DNA of 64,000 nucleotides from Mogibacterium sp. GTDB taxonomy: Bacteria > Bacillota > Clostridia > Peptostreptococcales > Anaerovoracaceae. Made by a program: the position numbers and the translations under genes. The first letter of the stretch is position 1; every line of letters starts with the position of its first letter. This document shows positions 19,318 through 28,556 of this stretch, in pieces. A model generated the notes under the pieces. It saw nothing but the letters and a program-made list of their open reading frames with translations. It did not search any database and was not told the DNA's origin. Location of the stretch: positions 6,855-70,854 of the forward strand of contig JAFQZQ010000017.1 of assembly GCA_017405845.1 (NCBI GenBank). The letters are read 5' to 3'.

Positions 19318-22300
19318 TTAGATTCTCTCTACTGCGAGGCCTGTCTTGTGGCCGTTGATGTCGAACGTCGGGAGTTCTTCCTTTGATTCGATGGCAACAG
19401 CGATGGTCTCGTCCATGATGAAGTCCTTTGCGTTTTCTACAGCAGCCTTGATTTCGTCATCGGCATCCATGTAGATCTTTATCTCATCCATCATCTCGAA
19501 ATCGGCCTGCTTACGGAGCTGCTGAATCTTCGAAATTACCTCACGTACATAACCCTGCTCGATGAGCTCCGGTGTGAGCGTTGTGTCGAGGATGGTGAAC
19601 ACATTGTTGTCCATTCCTACTACGAAACCTTCCTTGGAAGAGATTCTTACATCTACGAGATCCTTTGTGATCTCATAATCAGCTCCATCGAATGTCATTG
19701 TTACAGGACCCTCGTTGAGAGCTGCGATCATTGCCTTGGCGTCAGCCTTCGCGAGTTCTGCACCGAATGCCTTGACGTTCTTTCCGAGCACAGGACCTGC
19801 AGCTCTGAAGTTAGGCTTGATACTGAAGTCCATGTACTTGTCGAGCTCGTCCTCAAACTGTACCTCGTGCACGTTGAGTTCTTCCTTGATAAGGTCTGTG
19901 AGGTCGCTGATAACGTCTCTGTAGCTTCCGTCAACGATCACCTTGCTGAGCGGCTGACGAACCTTGAGCTTCTCCTGCTCTCTTGTGCTGCGGCCGAGGT
20001 TTACAAGAACCTTTACGAGGTCCATTCTTTCCTCTGTGCGGTCGTCGATCAGGCTCTCGTCAGCTTCCGGATAGTAAGCTACATGAACAGTAGTCTCTCC
20101 GGTCAGCTTTGTATAGATCTCGTCCGAGATGAACGGAGCTATCGGTGCCATCATCTTTGCAAGACCTGTCAGAACTTCGTAAGTCGTTGCGTAAGCAGCT
20201 CTCTTGTCGACACTCATGTCATCGCCGGCACCCTCTGCGAAGAATCTTCTTCTTGCTCTTCTGATATACCAGTTGGAGAGATCACCGTCGATGAATTCGC
20301 CGATTGCTCTTACCGTTCTCATGTGATCGTACTCATCCATCGCATCAGTTGTTGCCTTGATGAGTCTGTTATACTTCGAGATTATCCATCTGTCGAGCTC
20401 AGGTCTCTCAGCATACGGAACATCGAGGTGCTTTATCTCAACCTTGTCGATGTTGGCATAGAGGCAGAAGAAGTTATATGTGTTTCTCAGGGTGCTGAAC
20501 ACCTTGCTGATGACTTCTCTGATGCCGTCCTCGTCAAACTTTGTAGGAGTCCATGCAGGCGATCCGTAGAGCAGATACCATCTGACAGCGTCTGTTCCGT
20601 ACTTGTCCATCATCTCGAACGGATTGACAGTATTGCCGACATGCTTCGACATCTTCTTGCCGTTCTTGTCGAGAATAAGGTCGTTTACGAGAACGTTTCT
20701 GTATGGTGCGCATCCCTTAACGATAGTCGAGATAGCCATGAGCGAGTAGAACCAGCCTCTTGTCTGGTCGATACCCTCGCAGATGAAGTCTGCAGGGAAA
20801 AGCTCCTCATCAAATCTGTCAGCGTTCTCAAACGGATAGTGCCACTGTGCAAATGGCATTGCGCCTGAGTCAAACCAGCAGTCCATTACTTCAGGGATCC
20901 TGTGCATGCTCTTGCCGCACTCCGGACATTTGATGGTTACGTCATCAACGTACGGTCTGTGGAGTTCGATGCTCATATCGATCTTCTGCTCTGCATCAGC
21001 GATGAGCTGCTCTCTTGAGCCTACGCAGTGCAGGTGTCCGCATTCGCACTTCCAGATAGGAATAGGTGTTCCCCAGTATCTCGATCTCGAAATAGCCCAG
21101 TCCTTAACGTCCTCAAGCCAGTTTCCGAATCTCTTCTCGCCTACATATGGCGGGTACCAGTTAACTGTATTGTTGTTTGCTACGAGCTCGTCTCTGAGCT
21201 TTGTCATCTCGATGTACCACGACTTGTTTGCGTAGTATACGAGCGGAGTTCCGCATCTCCAGCAGTGAGGATATGCGTGCTCGAGCTTCTGCTTTGCGTA
21301 GATCTTGTCGCCCTCTGCGAGGTACTTGATGATGTCGACATCGAGTCCGTCTTCCATGACGAATCTGCCTGCCCAAGGAGTCTCTGTATAGCAGCCTCTT
21401 TCATCTACCGGCTGCATTACAGCGAGATTGTACTTGCGTCCGCAGTTGTAGTCGTCTTCACCGAATGCAGGAGCAGTATGAACGATACCTGTACCATCCT
21501 CTGTGGATACATAGTCCATGCATGTAACGATGAATGCGTTCTTGCCCTTTTCAGGTACGCAGAACGGCTCGATCTGCTCGTAAGTCCAGTACTCCATCTC
21601 GGAGCCCTTGATCTTATCTACGACTTCGTACTCTTCTTTAGCGAGAACCTTTTCTACAAGTGACTCTGCAAGCCAGAAGTAGTTACCCTCGTTGTCACCC
21701 GACTTAATGAGGCACTTAACGTAATCGATATTAGGGCCGACAGTCAGTGCGATATTCGACGCGAGTGTCCAAGGTGTTGTTGTCCATGCAAGGAAGTACT
21801 CGTTGTCGTGATCCACGCCCGTGCGTCTGAATTTGCAGGTGAGCGTGTTTACCTTAACGTCCTTGTAGCCCTGAGCTACCTCATGCGACGCGAGTCCTGT
21901 TCCGCAGCGCGGGCAGTAAGGAAGGATCTTATATCCTTCGTAAACGAGACCCTTATCGAAAGCGTTCTTGATGATCCACCAGCCCGTCTCGATGTAGTCG
22001 TTCTTGTATGTGATGTACGGATCTTCCATGTCTGCAAGATATGCCATCTTCTCAGACATGTCTGTCCACATCTGTGTGTACTTGAATACCGATTCGCGGC
22101 ACTTCTCGTTGAATTCCTTGATGCCGTACTTCTCGATGTTCTGCTTGCCGCTGAATCCAAGCTGCTTTTCAACTTCGATCTCAACAGGAAGACCGTGGGT
22201 GTCCCAGCCGCCTTTACGCTTGACCTGGAAGCCCTTCATGGTTTTATATCTGTTGACGGAGTCCTTAAGAGTCCTTGCCATCATATGATGGATGCCCGGC

Positions 22301-22455
22301 TTGCCGTTTGCTGTCGGCGGTCCCTCGTAGAATACGAATGACGGAGCGCCCTCTCTGGCCTTTACGCAGAGATTGAGCATGTCGAGCTCATTCCACTTAT
22401 TAACCTGCTCTGCCTGATACTCGGCAACAGGCTTATCCGAAAGGTTTTCAAACAT
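19318..22455 (-). CDS. ileS: isoleucyl-tRNA synthetase, long type-2 (IleRS2) form
   Basis: 1045 aa. HIGH-region PPTANGKPGIHHMMARTLKD, KMSKS-region KMSKHVGN. Length and N-terminal motif fit the type-2 enzyme. Confidence 0.93.
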   Translation of the reverse strand: MFENLSDKPVAEYQAEQVNKWNELDMLNLCVKAREGAPSFVFYEGPPTANGKPGIHHMMARTLKDSVNRYKTMKGFQVKRKGGWDTHGLPVEIEVEKQLGFSGKQNIEKYGIKEFNEKCRESVFKYTQMWTDMSEKMAYLADMEDPYITYKNDYIETGWWIIKNAFDKGLVYEGYKILPYCPRCGTGLASHEVAQGYKDVKVNTLTCKFRRTGVDHDNEYFLAWTTTPWTLASNIALTVGPNIDYVKCLIKSGDNEGNYFWLAESLVEKVLAKEEYEVVDKIKGSEMEYWTYEQIEPFCVPEKGKNAFIVTCMDYVSTEDGTGIVHTAPAFGEDDYNCGRKYNLAVMQPVDERGCYTETPWAGRFVMEDGLDVDIIKYLAEGDKIYAKQKLEHAYPHCWRCGTPLVYYANKSWYIEMTKLRDELVANNNTVNWYPPYVGEKRFGNWLEDVKDWAISRSRYWGTPIPIWKCECGHLHCVGSREQLIADAEQKIDMSIELHRPYVDDVTIKCPECGKSMHRIPEVMDCWFDSGAMPFAQWHYPFENADRFDEELFPADFICEGIDQTRGWFYSLMAISTIVKGCAPYRNVLVNDLILDKNGKKMSKHVGNTVNPFEMMDKYGTDAVRWYLLYGSPAWTPTKFDEDGIREVISKVFSTLRNTYNFFCLYANIDKVEIKHLDVPYAERPELDRWIISKYNRLIKATTDAMDEYDHMRTVRAIGEFIDGDLSNWYIRRARRRFFAEGAGDDMSVDKRAAYATTYEVLTGLAKMMAPIAPFISDEIYTKLTGETTVHVAYYPEADESLIDDRTEERMDLVKVLVNLGRSTREQEKLKVRQPLSKVIVDGSYRDVISDLTDLIKEELNVHEVQFEDELDKYMDFSIKPNFRAAGPVLGKNVKAFGAELAKADAKAMIAALNEGPVTMTFDGADYEITKDLVDVRISSKEGFVVGMDNNVFTILDTTLTPELIEQGYVREVISKIQQLRKQADFEMMDEIKIYMDADDEIKAAVENAKDFIMDETIAVAIESKEELPTFDINGHKTGLAVERI

Positions 22456-22493
22456 GTTTATCTTCTCCTGCTTATTAATTTCACAACTCGGTT

Positions 22494-22523
22494 ATTTTAC
22501 CATAACGCAACGCTTATTTGAAA
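22494..22523 (-). promoter_or_regulatory. candidate ileS promoter (extended -10)
   Basis: Minus strand TTTCAA (22523-22518), 18 nt, TGG-TAAAAT (22502-22494). It would give a leader of only about 35-40 nt. Confidence 0.35.
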
Positions 22524-22587
22524 CTCTTTTAGTTAAGAAAATGCTTGTTTTTACGTACTTTTGACCGATTTGCGAGTCAATATGCCA

Positions 22588-22616
22588 TTGACCGCCCGCT
22601 TATCGGAGTATAGAAT
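22588..22616 (+). promoter_or_regulatory. candidate sigma-A promoter of the small plus-strand gene
   Basis: TTGACC (22588-22593), 17 nt, TAGAAT (22611-22616), followed by RBS AAAGGAG (22627-22633) and ATG at 22640. Confidence 0.5.
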
Positions 22617-22639
22617 AATTTCATCAAAAGGAGATTGAT

Positions 22640-22939
22640 ATGCCGCTTATAATATTGGGACTTATTGTTATAGCAGGAATAGTGATCTACGCTTTCGTCA
22701 TGAAACGACAGAGCGAAGAAAAAGACACTCGCACGGTACGGGAGCGCTATCCTCATGTCTTTGAAAAGATCAATGAGATCAAGGAGGATATGAAAAAAGG
22801 CGCAAATTATACTGTCGTCGATGATGATGAAGACGAAGAAGTCGTTGATGACAACGCGAAGTACCGCGATGAAGATGGGCACACCCTGCACTTTCCTGAT
22901 GATGCGGAAGTCGAAAAAAGAAAGAGAAACATTCACTGA
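22640..22939 (+). CDS. hypothetical small membrane-anchored acidic protein (99 aa)
   Basis: Strong RBS, its own promoter and its own terminator. N-terminal TM helix PLIILGLIVIAGIVIYAFV followed by a charged/acidic tail (VVDDDEDEEVVDD). One of only two plus-strand genes in the window. Confidence 0.7.
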   Translation: MPLIILGLIVIAGIVIYAFVMKRQSEEKDTRTVRERYPHVFEKINEIKEDMKKGANYTVVDDDEDEEVVDDNAKYRDEDGHTLHFPDDAEVEKRKRNIH

Positions 22940-22963
22940 AAAAGCCGGTGTTGACCGGCTTTT
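22939..22963. terminator. bidirectional rho-independent terminator (small plus-strand gene / ppk1)
   Basis: AAAA-AGCCGGU-guug-ACCGGCU-UUU. The perfect 7-bp stem is flanked by an A-run and a T-run, so it can terminate both convergent genes. Confidence 0.75.
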
Positions 22964-22970
22964 ATAATTA

Positions 22971-24962
22971 TCATTGTATCTTTACAGCGTACGTTCCGTC
23001 AGGAAGCAGCACGCGTCCCTTTTCCATATCGCAGTAAACATCCTGCATGACCGCTCTTATGCGGTCTCTTATTTTGCCGCTGTTTACCGGACAGGCCACT
23101 TCTACTCTCCTGTCGAGATTGCGCTTCATAAGGTCTGCTGAAGAAATATACATCACCTCATCAAAGCCTGAACCGAATATATATACTCTCGAGTGCTCCA
23201 GGAATCTGCCGACTTTGTTGACTATGCAGATATTCTCCGTGCATCCTTCGACGCCCGGGAGCAGGCAGCAGATGCCCCTTACTATCATGCGCACCCGGCA
23301 TCCGGCACACGAGGCCTCCATAAGGGCTTCTATCATTTCTTCATCGGTGAGAGAGTTGATCTTTATGAATATCCGTCCGGCCATCCCCTTCTTTGTCTCC
23401 CGGCGGATCAGCCTCAAAAGCTCATCACGCATGTTGACAGGTGCCACCACAAGAGGCATATAGCTGCGGTTCTTCTCAGCTACCCGGTCCTTGCATATGT
23501 CCTTAAACAACCTCGAAGCGGCTTTGCCTATCTCCTGATCATAAGTAATTAGTGACAGATCGGTATACTGCGCAGCAGTCTTTTCGTTGTAATTACCTGT
23601 GGAGATCTGTGTAATATACTCTTTCTTTACGCTGCCGTCCTTTGCAGTGCTTTCAAAGACTATCTGACACAGCTTGGAATGCACTTTGTACTTATCGGTC
23701 CCATAATAAACATCACATCCGGCCGCTGAAAGCTTATCCGCCCATGCCAGATTCTTCTCCTCATCGAATCTGGCGCGAAGCTCCAGCACCACCTTTACAC
23801 GCTTTCCCGTCCTGGCAGCATAAATCAGGTAGTCTGCGATCTTAGGGTTAGCTGCAAGGCGGTATATCGTAATGCGGATCTCACTGACATCATGCGAGAA
23901 CGCTGCCTCCCTGAGAAGTCCGAGGAAGAGATCCATGGAATCCTGTGGATAAGAAGAAAGAACGTCTTTCCTCTTTACCATATCAATTATATTGCCACTA
24001 ATGCCCCTTGTCTGATCAAAAGGTATATGAGGCTCGTATGTAAGGCTTTGCCTCGTCCCCGGCGGGAGAAGTTCCTCGAGTTCATCAACATATGAGAAAT
24101 CGATTCTGGTCGTAGTGAACATCTGCCGCTCGTCAAGATCAAGGGTCCTTGCGAAATACGCTCTCAAAGTTTTGCCCGGACGTCCGTCGGAGATGAGCTT
24201 GTCTGCCGGGCCGTACTTTCTGCGCCTCAGTGCATTCCGCATTTCTGCTGCCGTATTTGCCGAACCTGTTCCGCCCGATGCCTCAGCGTTTCTGGCTATA
24301 TCTATCACATAGGTTTCAAGCGGTACAAAAGGTACAAACAGTGTGTCTGCGAACAATTTGATGATATCTTCGGTAAGAACATATCTGAAACCTTTTCCGG
24401 GCAGTGTCTTTATAAGCGGAAGCGACCGCGGAATATCTATGAATCCGAATTTGTCTTCGAGCTCAGCATCAAGAACAGATATGATATACGGCTTTTCCTC
24501 GTCGATCACCGGTAATACTTCATCAGAATCCAGTATTCTTACGGTCAGACGGTCTTTCACAACGTCCCTGAAGAAGTCAAAGCATCTTCCTCTGTCTTCA
24601 TCATTCAGCTGCCACGGCTCCAACCTTATTACACCTGCCTCAGCAAGCTTGCTTTCGACAAGACCGTAAGCCATGTCTTTCTTCATCAGAAGACCCGGGA
24701 CCAGATCGAGTATGCGCCTTAGCTGAGCGGCTGCAGTCATTCCCGACTTCTCATCGATAATATCATCGCCCTCGTCATCCTCACCGAGAAGGCTGCCTAC
24801 CCTGACTTTAAAGAACTCTTCAAGGTTAGAAACAAAAATGGCAATAAAACGCAGGCGTTCAAAAAGAGGCACTGTTTCATCCAGTGCCTCTTCGAGCACA
24901 CGCTCATTGTATCTCAGCCATGAGATCTCTCTATTTTGCGTGAAGCCTTCTTCGTAGAGCAT
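22971..24962 (-). CDS. ppk1: polyphosphate kinase 1
   Basis: 663 aa. N-terminal NREISWLRYNERVLEEA and two PLD-like H-x-K/R modules (KVHSKLCQI; LEHSRVYIF). The ATG shares one base with the pnp stop (TAATG). Confidence 0.9.
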   Translation of the reverse strand: MLYEEGFTQNREISWLRYNERVLEEALDETVPLFERLRFIAIFVSNLEEFFKVRVGSLLGEDDEGDDIIDEKSGMTAAAQLRRILDLVPGLLMKKDMAYGLVESKLAEAGVIRLEPWQLNDEDRGRCFDFFRDVVKDRLTVRILDSDEVLPVIDEEKPYIISVLDAELEDKFGFIDIPRSLPLIKTLPGKGFRYVLTEDIIKLFADTLFVPFVPLETYVIDIARNAEASGGTGSANTAAEMRNALRRRKYGPADKLISDGRPGKTLRAYFARTLDLDERQMFTTTRIDFSYVDELEELLPPGTRQSLTYEPHIPFDQTRGISGNIIDMVKRKDVLSSYPQDSMDLFLGLLREAAFSHDVSEIRITIYRLAANPKIADYLIYAARTGKRVKVVLELRARFDEEKNLAWADKLSAAGCDVYYGTDKYKVHSKLCQIVFESTAKDGSVKKEYITQISTGNYNEKTAAQYTDLSLITYDQEIGKAASRLFKDICKDRVAEKNRSYMPLVVAPVNMRDELLRLIRRETKKGMAGRIFIKINSLTDEEMIEALMEASCAGCRVRMIVRGICCLLPGVEGCTENICIVNKVGRFLEHSRVYIFGSGFDEVMYISSADLMKRNLDRRVEVACPVNSGKIRDRIRAVMQDVYCDMEKGRVLLPDGTYAVKIQ

Positions 24963-27094
24963 TATTTTCTCTTTGCGTCAGAACGCTTAACGTCAGGACG
25001 CTCGAGGTTGATGCGGTTCTGGCTGTCGATTTCAGTTACCTTGACAGTTACAACATCACCGATGTTCATAACGTCTTCAACCTTAGCGACTCTGTGGTCA
25101 GCCATCTTGGAGATGTGCAGCAGGCCTTCCTTGCCCGGCAGGATCTCAAGGAATGCACCGAAGTTCATGATCCTTGTTACCTTACCCTCGTAAGTCTCGC
25201 CTACTTCAACGTCCTTAGTGATAAGCTCGATCTCTCTCTTAGCAGCTTCAGCGCTTTCCTGATCAACTGCATAGATAGCGATGAATCCGACATCCTCATC
25301 AGAGATATCGATTTTAGCGCCTGTCTCATCAACGATTCTGTTGACAGTCTTTCCTCCAGGTCCGATGACCAGTCTGATCTTATCAGGGTCAACTCTCATG
25401 CTGATGAATCTCGGAGCATACTTGCTGAGCTCTGCTCTTGGCTCAGGGATCTCTTCGAGCATGTTCTCGAGGATCTTTGCTCTTCCGATCTTAGCCTGCT
25501 CAAGAGCCTGCTCGAGGATCTCTCTGTTAAGGCCGTGAACCTTAATATCCATCTGGAGAGCTGTTACACCGTCAGGAGTACCTGTGACCTTGAAGTCCAT
25601 GTCGCCCAGGAAGTCTTCCATTCCCTGGATATCGGAGAGGATTGCGAACTTGCTCGATCCATCCTCGTTGAATCCTTCAATAAGACCCATTGCGATTCCG
25701 CTTACCGGCTTCTTGATAGGAACACCGGCATCCATAAGTGCGAGTGTGGATCCGCATGTCGAAGCCATCGACGAAGAACCGTTCGAAGACATTACTTCGG
25801 AGACGACTCTGATAGCATATGGGAATTCCTCTTCACTTGGGAGTACAGGCAGAAGCGCTCTTTCTGCGAGAGCTCCGTGTCCGATCTCTCTTCTTCCAGG
25901 TGATCTGCTTGGCTTAGCCTCGCCTGTGCAGTAACCAGGGAAGTTGTACTGATGCATGTATCTCTTGCGAGTAACATCATCATCAATACCGTCGAGGTAC
26001 TGAGCCTCTGAAAGCGGTGCGAGTGTTGCTACCGAAAGAACCTGAGTCTGGCCTCTCTTGAAGAGTCCGGATCCGTGTGTTCTAGGAAGATAACCTGTCT
26101 CGCTCCAGAGAGGTCTGATCTCGTCAGGTCTTCTGTCGTCAGGACGAACACCCTCTTCGAGGATGCGGCGTCTGACTTCTTCTTTCTTGATGTTGTAGAG
26201 TACCTCATCTACTTCAGCCATTCTGCCTTCGAATTCCTCGGCAAAGTGCTCCTTTGCATCAGCAGCAACAGCGTCCATGTTTGCGATTCTCTCCTGCTTG
26301 TCGAAGGTATAGATTGCTTCGACCATATTGGCAGTTGCGTACTCTCTTACAGCTGCGTCAACGTCTTCTGCAGCCTTGAATACTACATAATCCTGCTTTT
26401 CCTTACCGACTTCTGCTACGATCTCCTTGATGAATCTGCAGATGTTCTTGATCTCTTCGTGACCTGTAAGGATAGCTTCGAGCATCTGCTCTTCAGGAAG
26501 CTCGTTAGCTCCTGCTTCTACCATCATGATGGCTTCTTCAGTACCGCAAACCGTGAGGTTGAGGTCTGATACCTGTCTCTGCTCGAATGTAGGGTTGATG
26601 ACGAAATCACCGTCAACTCTGCCGACTACTAATCCTGCAGTAGGGCCATCCCATGGAATGTCGGAGATAGCGATAGCTGTCGAAGTACCGATAAGCGATG
26701 CTACCTCAGGTGAGCAGTCGTGATCTACCGACAGTGCAGTAGCAGTAACGACTACGTCATTTCTGTATCCCTTCGGGAACAGCGGCCTGAGCGGTCTGTC
26801 GATCAGTCTTGATGTGAGTGTAGCCTTATCGCTCGGACGGCCCTCTCTCTTGATGTATCCACCAGGGATCTTGCCGACTGCATAAAGCTTCTCTTCAAAA
26901 TTGCATGTAAGCGGGAAGAAATCTACGTCCTGCTTTGGCTCTTTGCTTGCGCAGACTGTGCAGCTTACAACCGTATCTCCGTATCTGACTGTAGCCTGTC
27001 CGTTTGCCTGCTCAGCGAGCTTGCCGATCTCGACTTCAAGAAGTCTTCCGCCAAGTGCTGTTCTGAATGTTCTGAAATCTTCAAATCTACCCAT
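24962..27094 (-). CDS. pnp: polyribonucleotide nucleotidyltransferase (PNPase)
   Basis: 710 aa. Two RNase PH-like domains, a KH domain ([13 protein letters not shown]) and an S1 domain ([20 protein letters not shown]). Confidence 0.95.
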   Translation of the reverse strand: MGRFEDFRTFRTALGGRLLEVEIGKLAEQANGQATVRYGDTVVSCTVCASKEPKQDVDFFPLTCNFEEKLYAVGKIPGGYIKREGRPSDKATLTSRLIDRPLRPLFPKGYRNDVVVTATALSVDHDCSPEVASLIGTSTAIAISDIPWDGPTAGLVVGRVDGDFVINPTFEQRQVSDLNLTVCGTEEAIMMVEAGANELPEEQMLEAILTGHEEIKNICRFIKEIVAEVGKEKQDYVVFKAAEDVDAAVREYATANMVEAIYTFDKQERIANMDAVAADAKEHFAEEFEGRMAEVDEVLYNIKKEEVRRRILEEGVRPDDRRPDEIRPLWSETGYLPRTHGSGLFKRGQTQVLSVATLAPLSEAQYLDGIDDDVTRKRYMHQYNFPGYCTGEAKPSRSPGRREIGHGALAERALLPVLPSEEEFPYAIRVVSEVMSSNGSSSMASTCGSTLALMDAGVPIKKPVSGIAMGLIEGFNEDGSSKFAILSDIQGMEDFLGDMDFKVTGTPDGVTALQMDIKVHGLNREILEQALEQAKIGRAKILENMLEEIPEPRAELSKYAPRFISMRVDPDKIRLVIGPGGKTVNRIVDETGAKIDISDEDVGFIAIYAVDQESAEAAKREIELITKDVEVGETYEGKVTRIMNFGAFLEILPGKEGLLHISKMADHRVAKVEDVMNIGDVVTVKVTEIDSQNRINLERPDVKRSDAKRK

Positions 27095-27155
27095 TTATTA
27101 ACAACTCCTTCCTGTTAATTCTTCTTTTCTTATGGGCATTAACTAAATACATACA

Positions 27156-27179
27156 AAGCGGGAGGCCGTGCTCCCGCTT
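27156..27179 (-). terminator. rpsO terminator / pnp leader hairpin
   Basis: Minus strand AAGCGGGAG-cacggc-CUCCCGCUU (9 bp) followed by UGUAUGUAUUU. It lies between rpsO and pnp. Confidence 0.6.
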
Positions 27180-27190
27180 CATGTCAGGTA

Positions 27191-27457
27191 TTATTTTCTC
27201 AGTCCGAGACGTGCGATAAGACTTCTGTATCTGTCGATGTCTGTCTCTCTGAGGTACTTGAGAAGGTTTCTTCTCTGTCCTACCATCTTCAGAAGACCTC
27301 TTCTGGAGTGGTGGTCTTTATGATGCTCTTTGAGGTGCTCGTTGAGGTCGTTGATTCTGAAAGTGAGAATAGCAACCTGAACTTCAGGGGAACCTGTGTC
27401 GCCTTCCTTGATAGCATACTCTTTAATAATTTCCTGTTTTTTCTCTTTTGTAAGCAT
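27191..27457 (-). CDS. rpsO: 30S ribosomal protein S15
   Basis: 88 aa. Motif [39 protein letters not shown] upstream. Confidence 0.95.
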   Translation of the reverse strand: MLTKEKKQEIIKEYAIKEGDTGSPEVQVAILTFRINDLNEHLKEHHKDHHSRRGLLKMVGQRRNLLKYLRETDIDRYRSLIARLGLRK

Positions 27458-27535
27458 AAAAATAGACTCCTTTTCTTAAGTTCGCCCGCTCTGCGTAGCC
27501 GTCGGAGAAGCGCACCACTGCGGCGCGGGTATATT
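27458..27535 (-). promoter_or_regulatory. GC-rich structured 5' leader of rpsO (candidate S15 autoregulatory element)
   Basis: A ~50-nt GC-rich block (27483-27530) in an otherwise AT-rich spacer. It contains nested complementary segments (CCCGC...GCGGG; GCCG...CGGC) and a CUCC that could pair with the GGAG SD. No fold was computed. Confidence 0.3.
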
Positions 27536-27605
27536 GAATTAGTTTCGCTGCAGCAAACAGACGCTGCAACGCACGTATATTAACACGAACAGCTCGTGTT
27601 GTCTA

Positions 27606-28550
27606 TCATTTTTTTCGATAATTCAGAGCATTTTCACAGTCGCGTGCGATCTGTGCGAAAAGCTCTTCCTTGTCCCTGAATTTTCTCTCTCCACGCGAGA
27701 AGTGATCGAAGTAAACGATGATATCTTTTCCGTATGCGTCTTTATCAAAATCGAAGATATTGGTCTCTATAACCTTTTGTTTACCATCGTCACTTACAGT
27801 CGGATTTACCCCTATATTTGATACACTGTTATAGATGTGATCATCTATCTGGATACGGCTGAAATAAACACCATTCGGCGGCAGCATCTGTCTTGCAGGA
27901 GCCGGAATATTGATTGTCGGAATGCCCATGCGGCTTCCGAGTCTCTTACCATGTGCTACCATGCCGCTGAATGAATAAGGTCTGCCGAGCAGTTTCGCAG
28001 TCATTTCCATGTTGCCGGTAGATATCATCTCACGGATGAGAGTCGAGCTTACAACCTCGCCGTCAACTATGACTGCGTCATGTATGCTCACGCCGATGCC
28101 TGCTGCTTCGCACTCTACACGAAGAATGTCAGGCTTTCCCATAGCCCTTGCACCATATGTGTAATTGAATCCGACAGAAACATAGCCGGCATTCAGCTTC
28201 TCCTTTACGATACCGTTGAAGAAATCATGAGCATGCATTGTCATGATCTTTTCGTCAAACGGCACGTTCACGAGTATATCGAAGCCCATCTCCTCAATGA
28301 GCGCGATTTTTTCTTCTTCAGTGCATATAAGTTTTACTGCGTCAGGATCACCGTCATCGCGTCTGAGAATGAAATTAAACGGATGATTCGAAAAAGTAAA
28401 GCAGAGTGACTTCAGATCACGATCCTTTGCCGCATCAAGTGCTGCGCGGAATATTTCACGGTGTCCGATATGTATACCGTCAAAGTTGCCGAGTGCAACT
28501 GAGGTTTTCTCATTAAGATTCAGTTTATCAAGACTTTTATATATTTCCAT
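27606..28550 (-). CDS. ribF: bifunctional riboflavin kinase / FMN adenylyltransferase
   Basis: 314 aa. Nucleotidyltransferase motif ALGNFDGIHIGH and a C-terminal riboflavin kinase domain (GFPTIN-like IPTINIP; ETNIFDFD). Confidence 0.9.
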   Translation of the reverse strand: MEIYKSLDKLNLNEKTSVALGNFDGIHIGHREIFRAALDAAKDRDLKSLCFTFSNHPFNFILRRDDGDPDAVKLICTEEEKIALIEEMGFDILVNVPFDEKIMTMHAHDFFNGIVKEKLNAGYVSVGFNYTYGARAMGKPDILRVECEAAGIGVSIHDAVIVDGEVVSSTLIREMISTGNMEMTAKLLGRPYSFSGMVAHGKRLGSRMGIPTINIPAPARQMLPPNGVYFSRIQIDDHIYNSVSNIGVNPTVSDDGKQKVIETNIFDFDKDAYGKDIIVYFDHFSRGERKFRDKEELFAQIARDCENALNYRKK

Positions 28551-28556
28551 AATTAG

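Noticed and set aside
19867-20868. A very long plus-strand ORF (333 aa) antisense to ileS. Similar antisense ORFs occur throughout the window: 44110-45099 and 45169-45879 in polC, 51609-52475 in thrS, 31185-32066 in infB, 25094-25903 in pnp, 37066-37761 and 37868-38509 in the PBP gene, 34000-34650 in nusA, 8246-8887 in miaB, 15875-16486 in smc, and 42205-42807 in buk.
   Set aside because: Each lies wholly inside a minus-strand gene with unmistakable conserved motifs. Their translations are low-complexity Ser/Leu/Ala/Cys-rich strings with no recognisable domains, no RBS and no promoter. Long antisense frames are an expected by-product of the codon bias of the sense genes, which rarely use codons whose reverse complement is a stop.
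22456-22640. An expected T-box leader upstream of ileS.
   Set aside because: I searched both the sense sequence and its complement for the GGGUGGNACCRCG T-box core and for a leader terminator, and found neither. The available space is also too short once the divergent promoter is accounted for.
22577-22936. A 119-aa minus-strand ORF antisense to the small plus-strand gene.
   Set aside because: It has no RBS, and its sequence (Phe/Ile-rich) is implausible for a protein. The plus-strand ORF has a promoter, a strong RBS and a terminator in the correct orientation.
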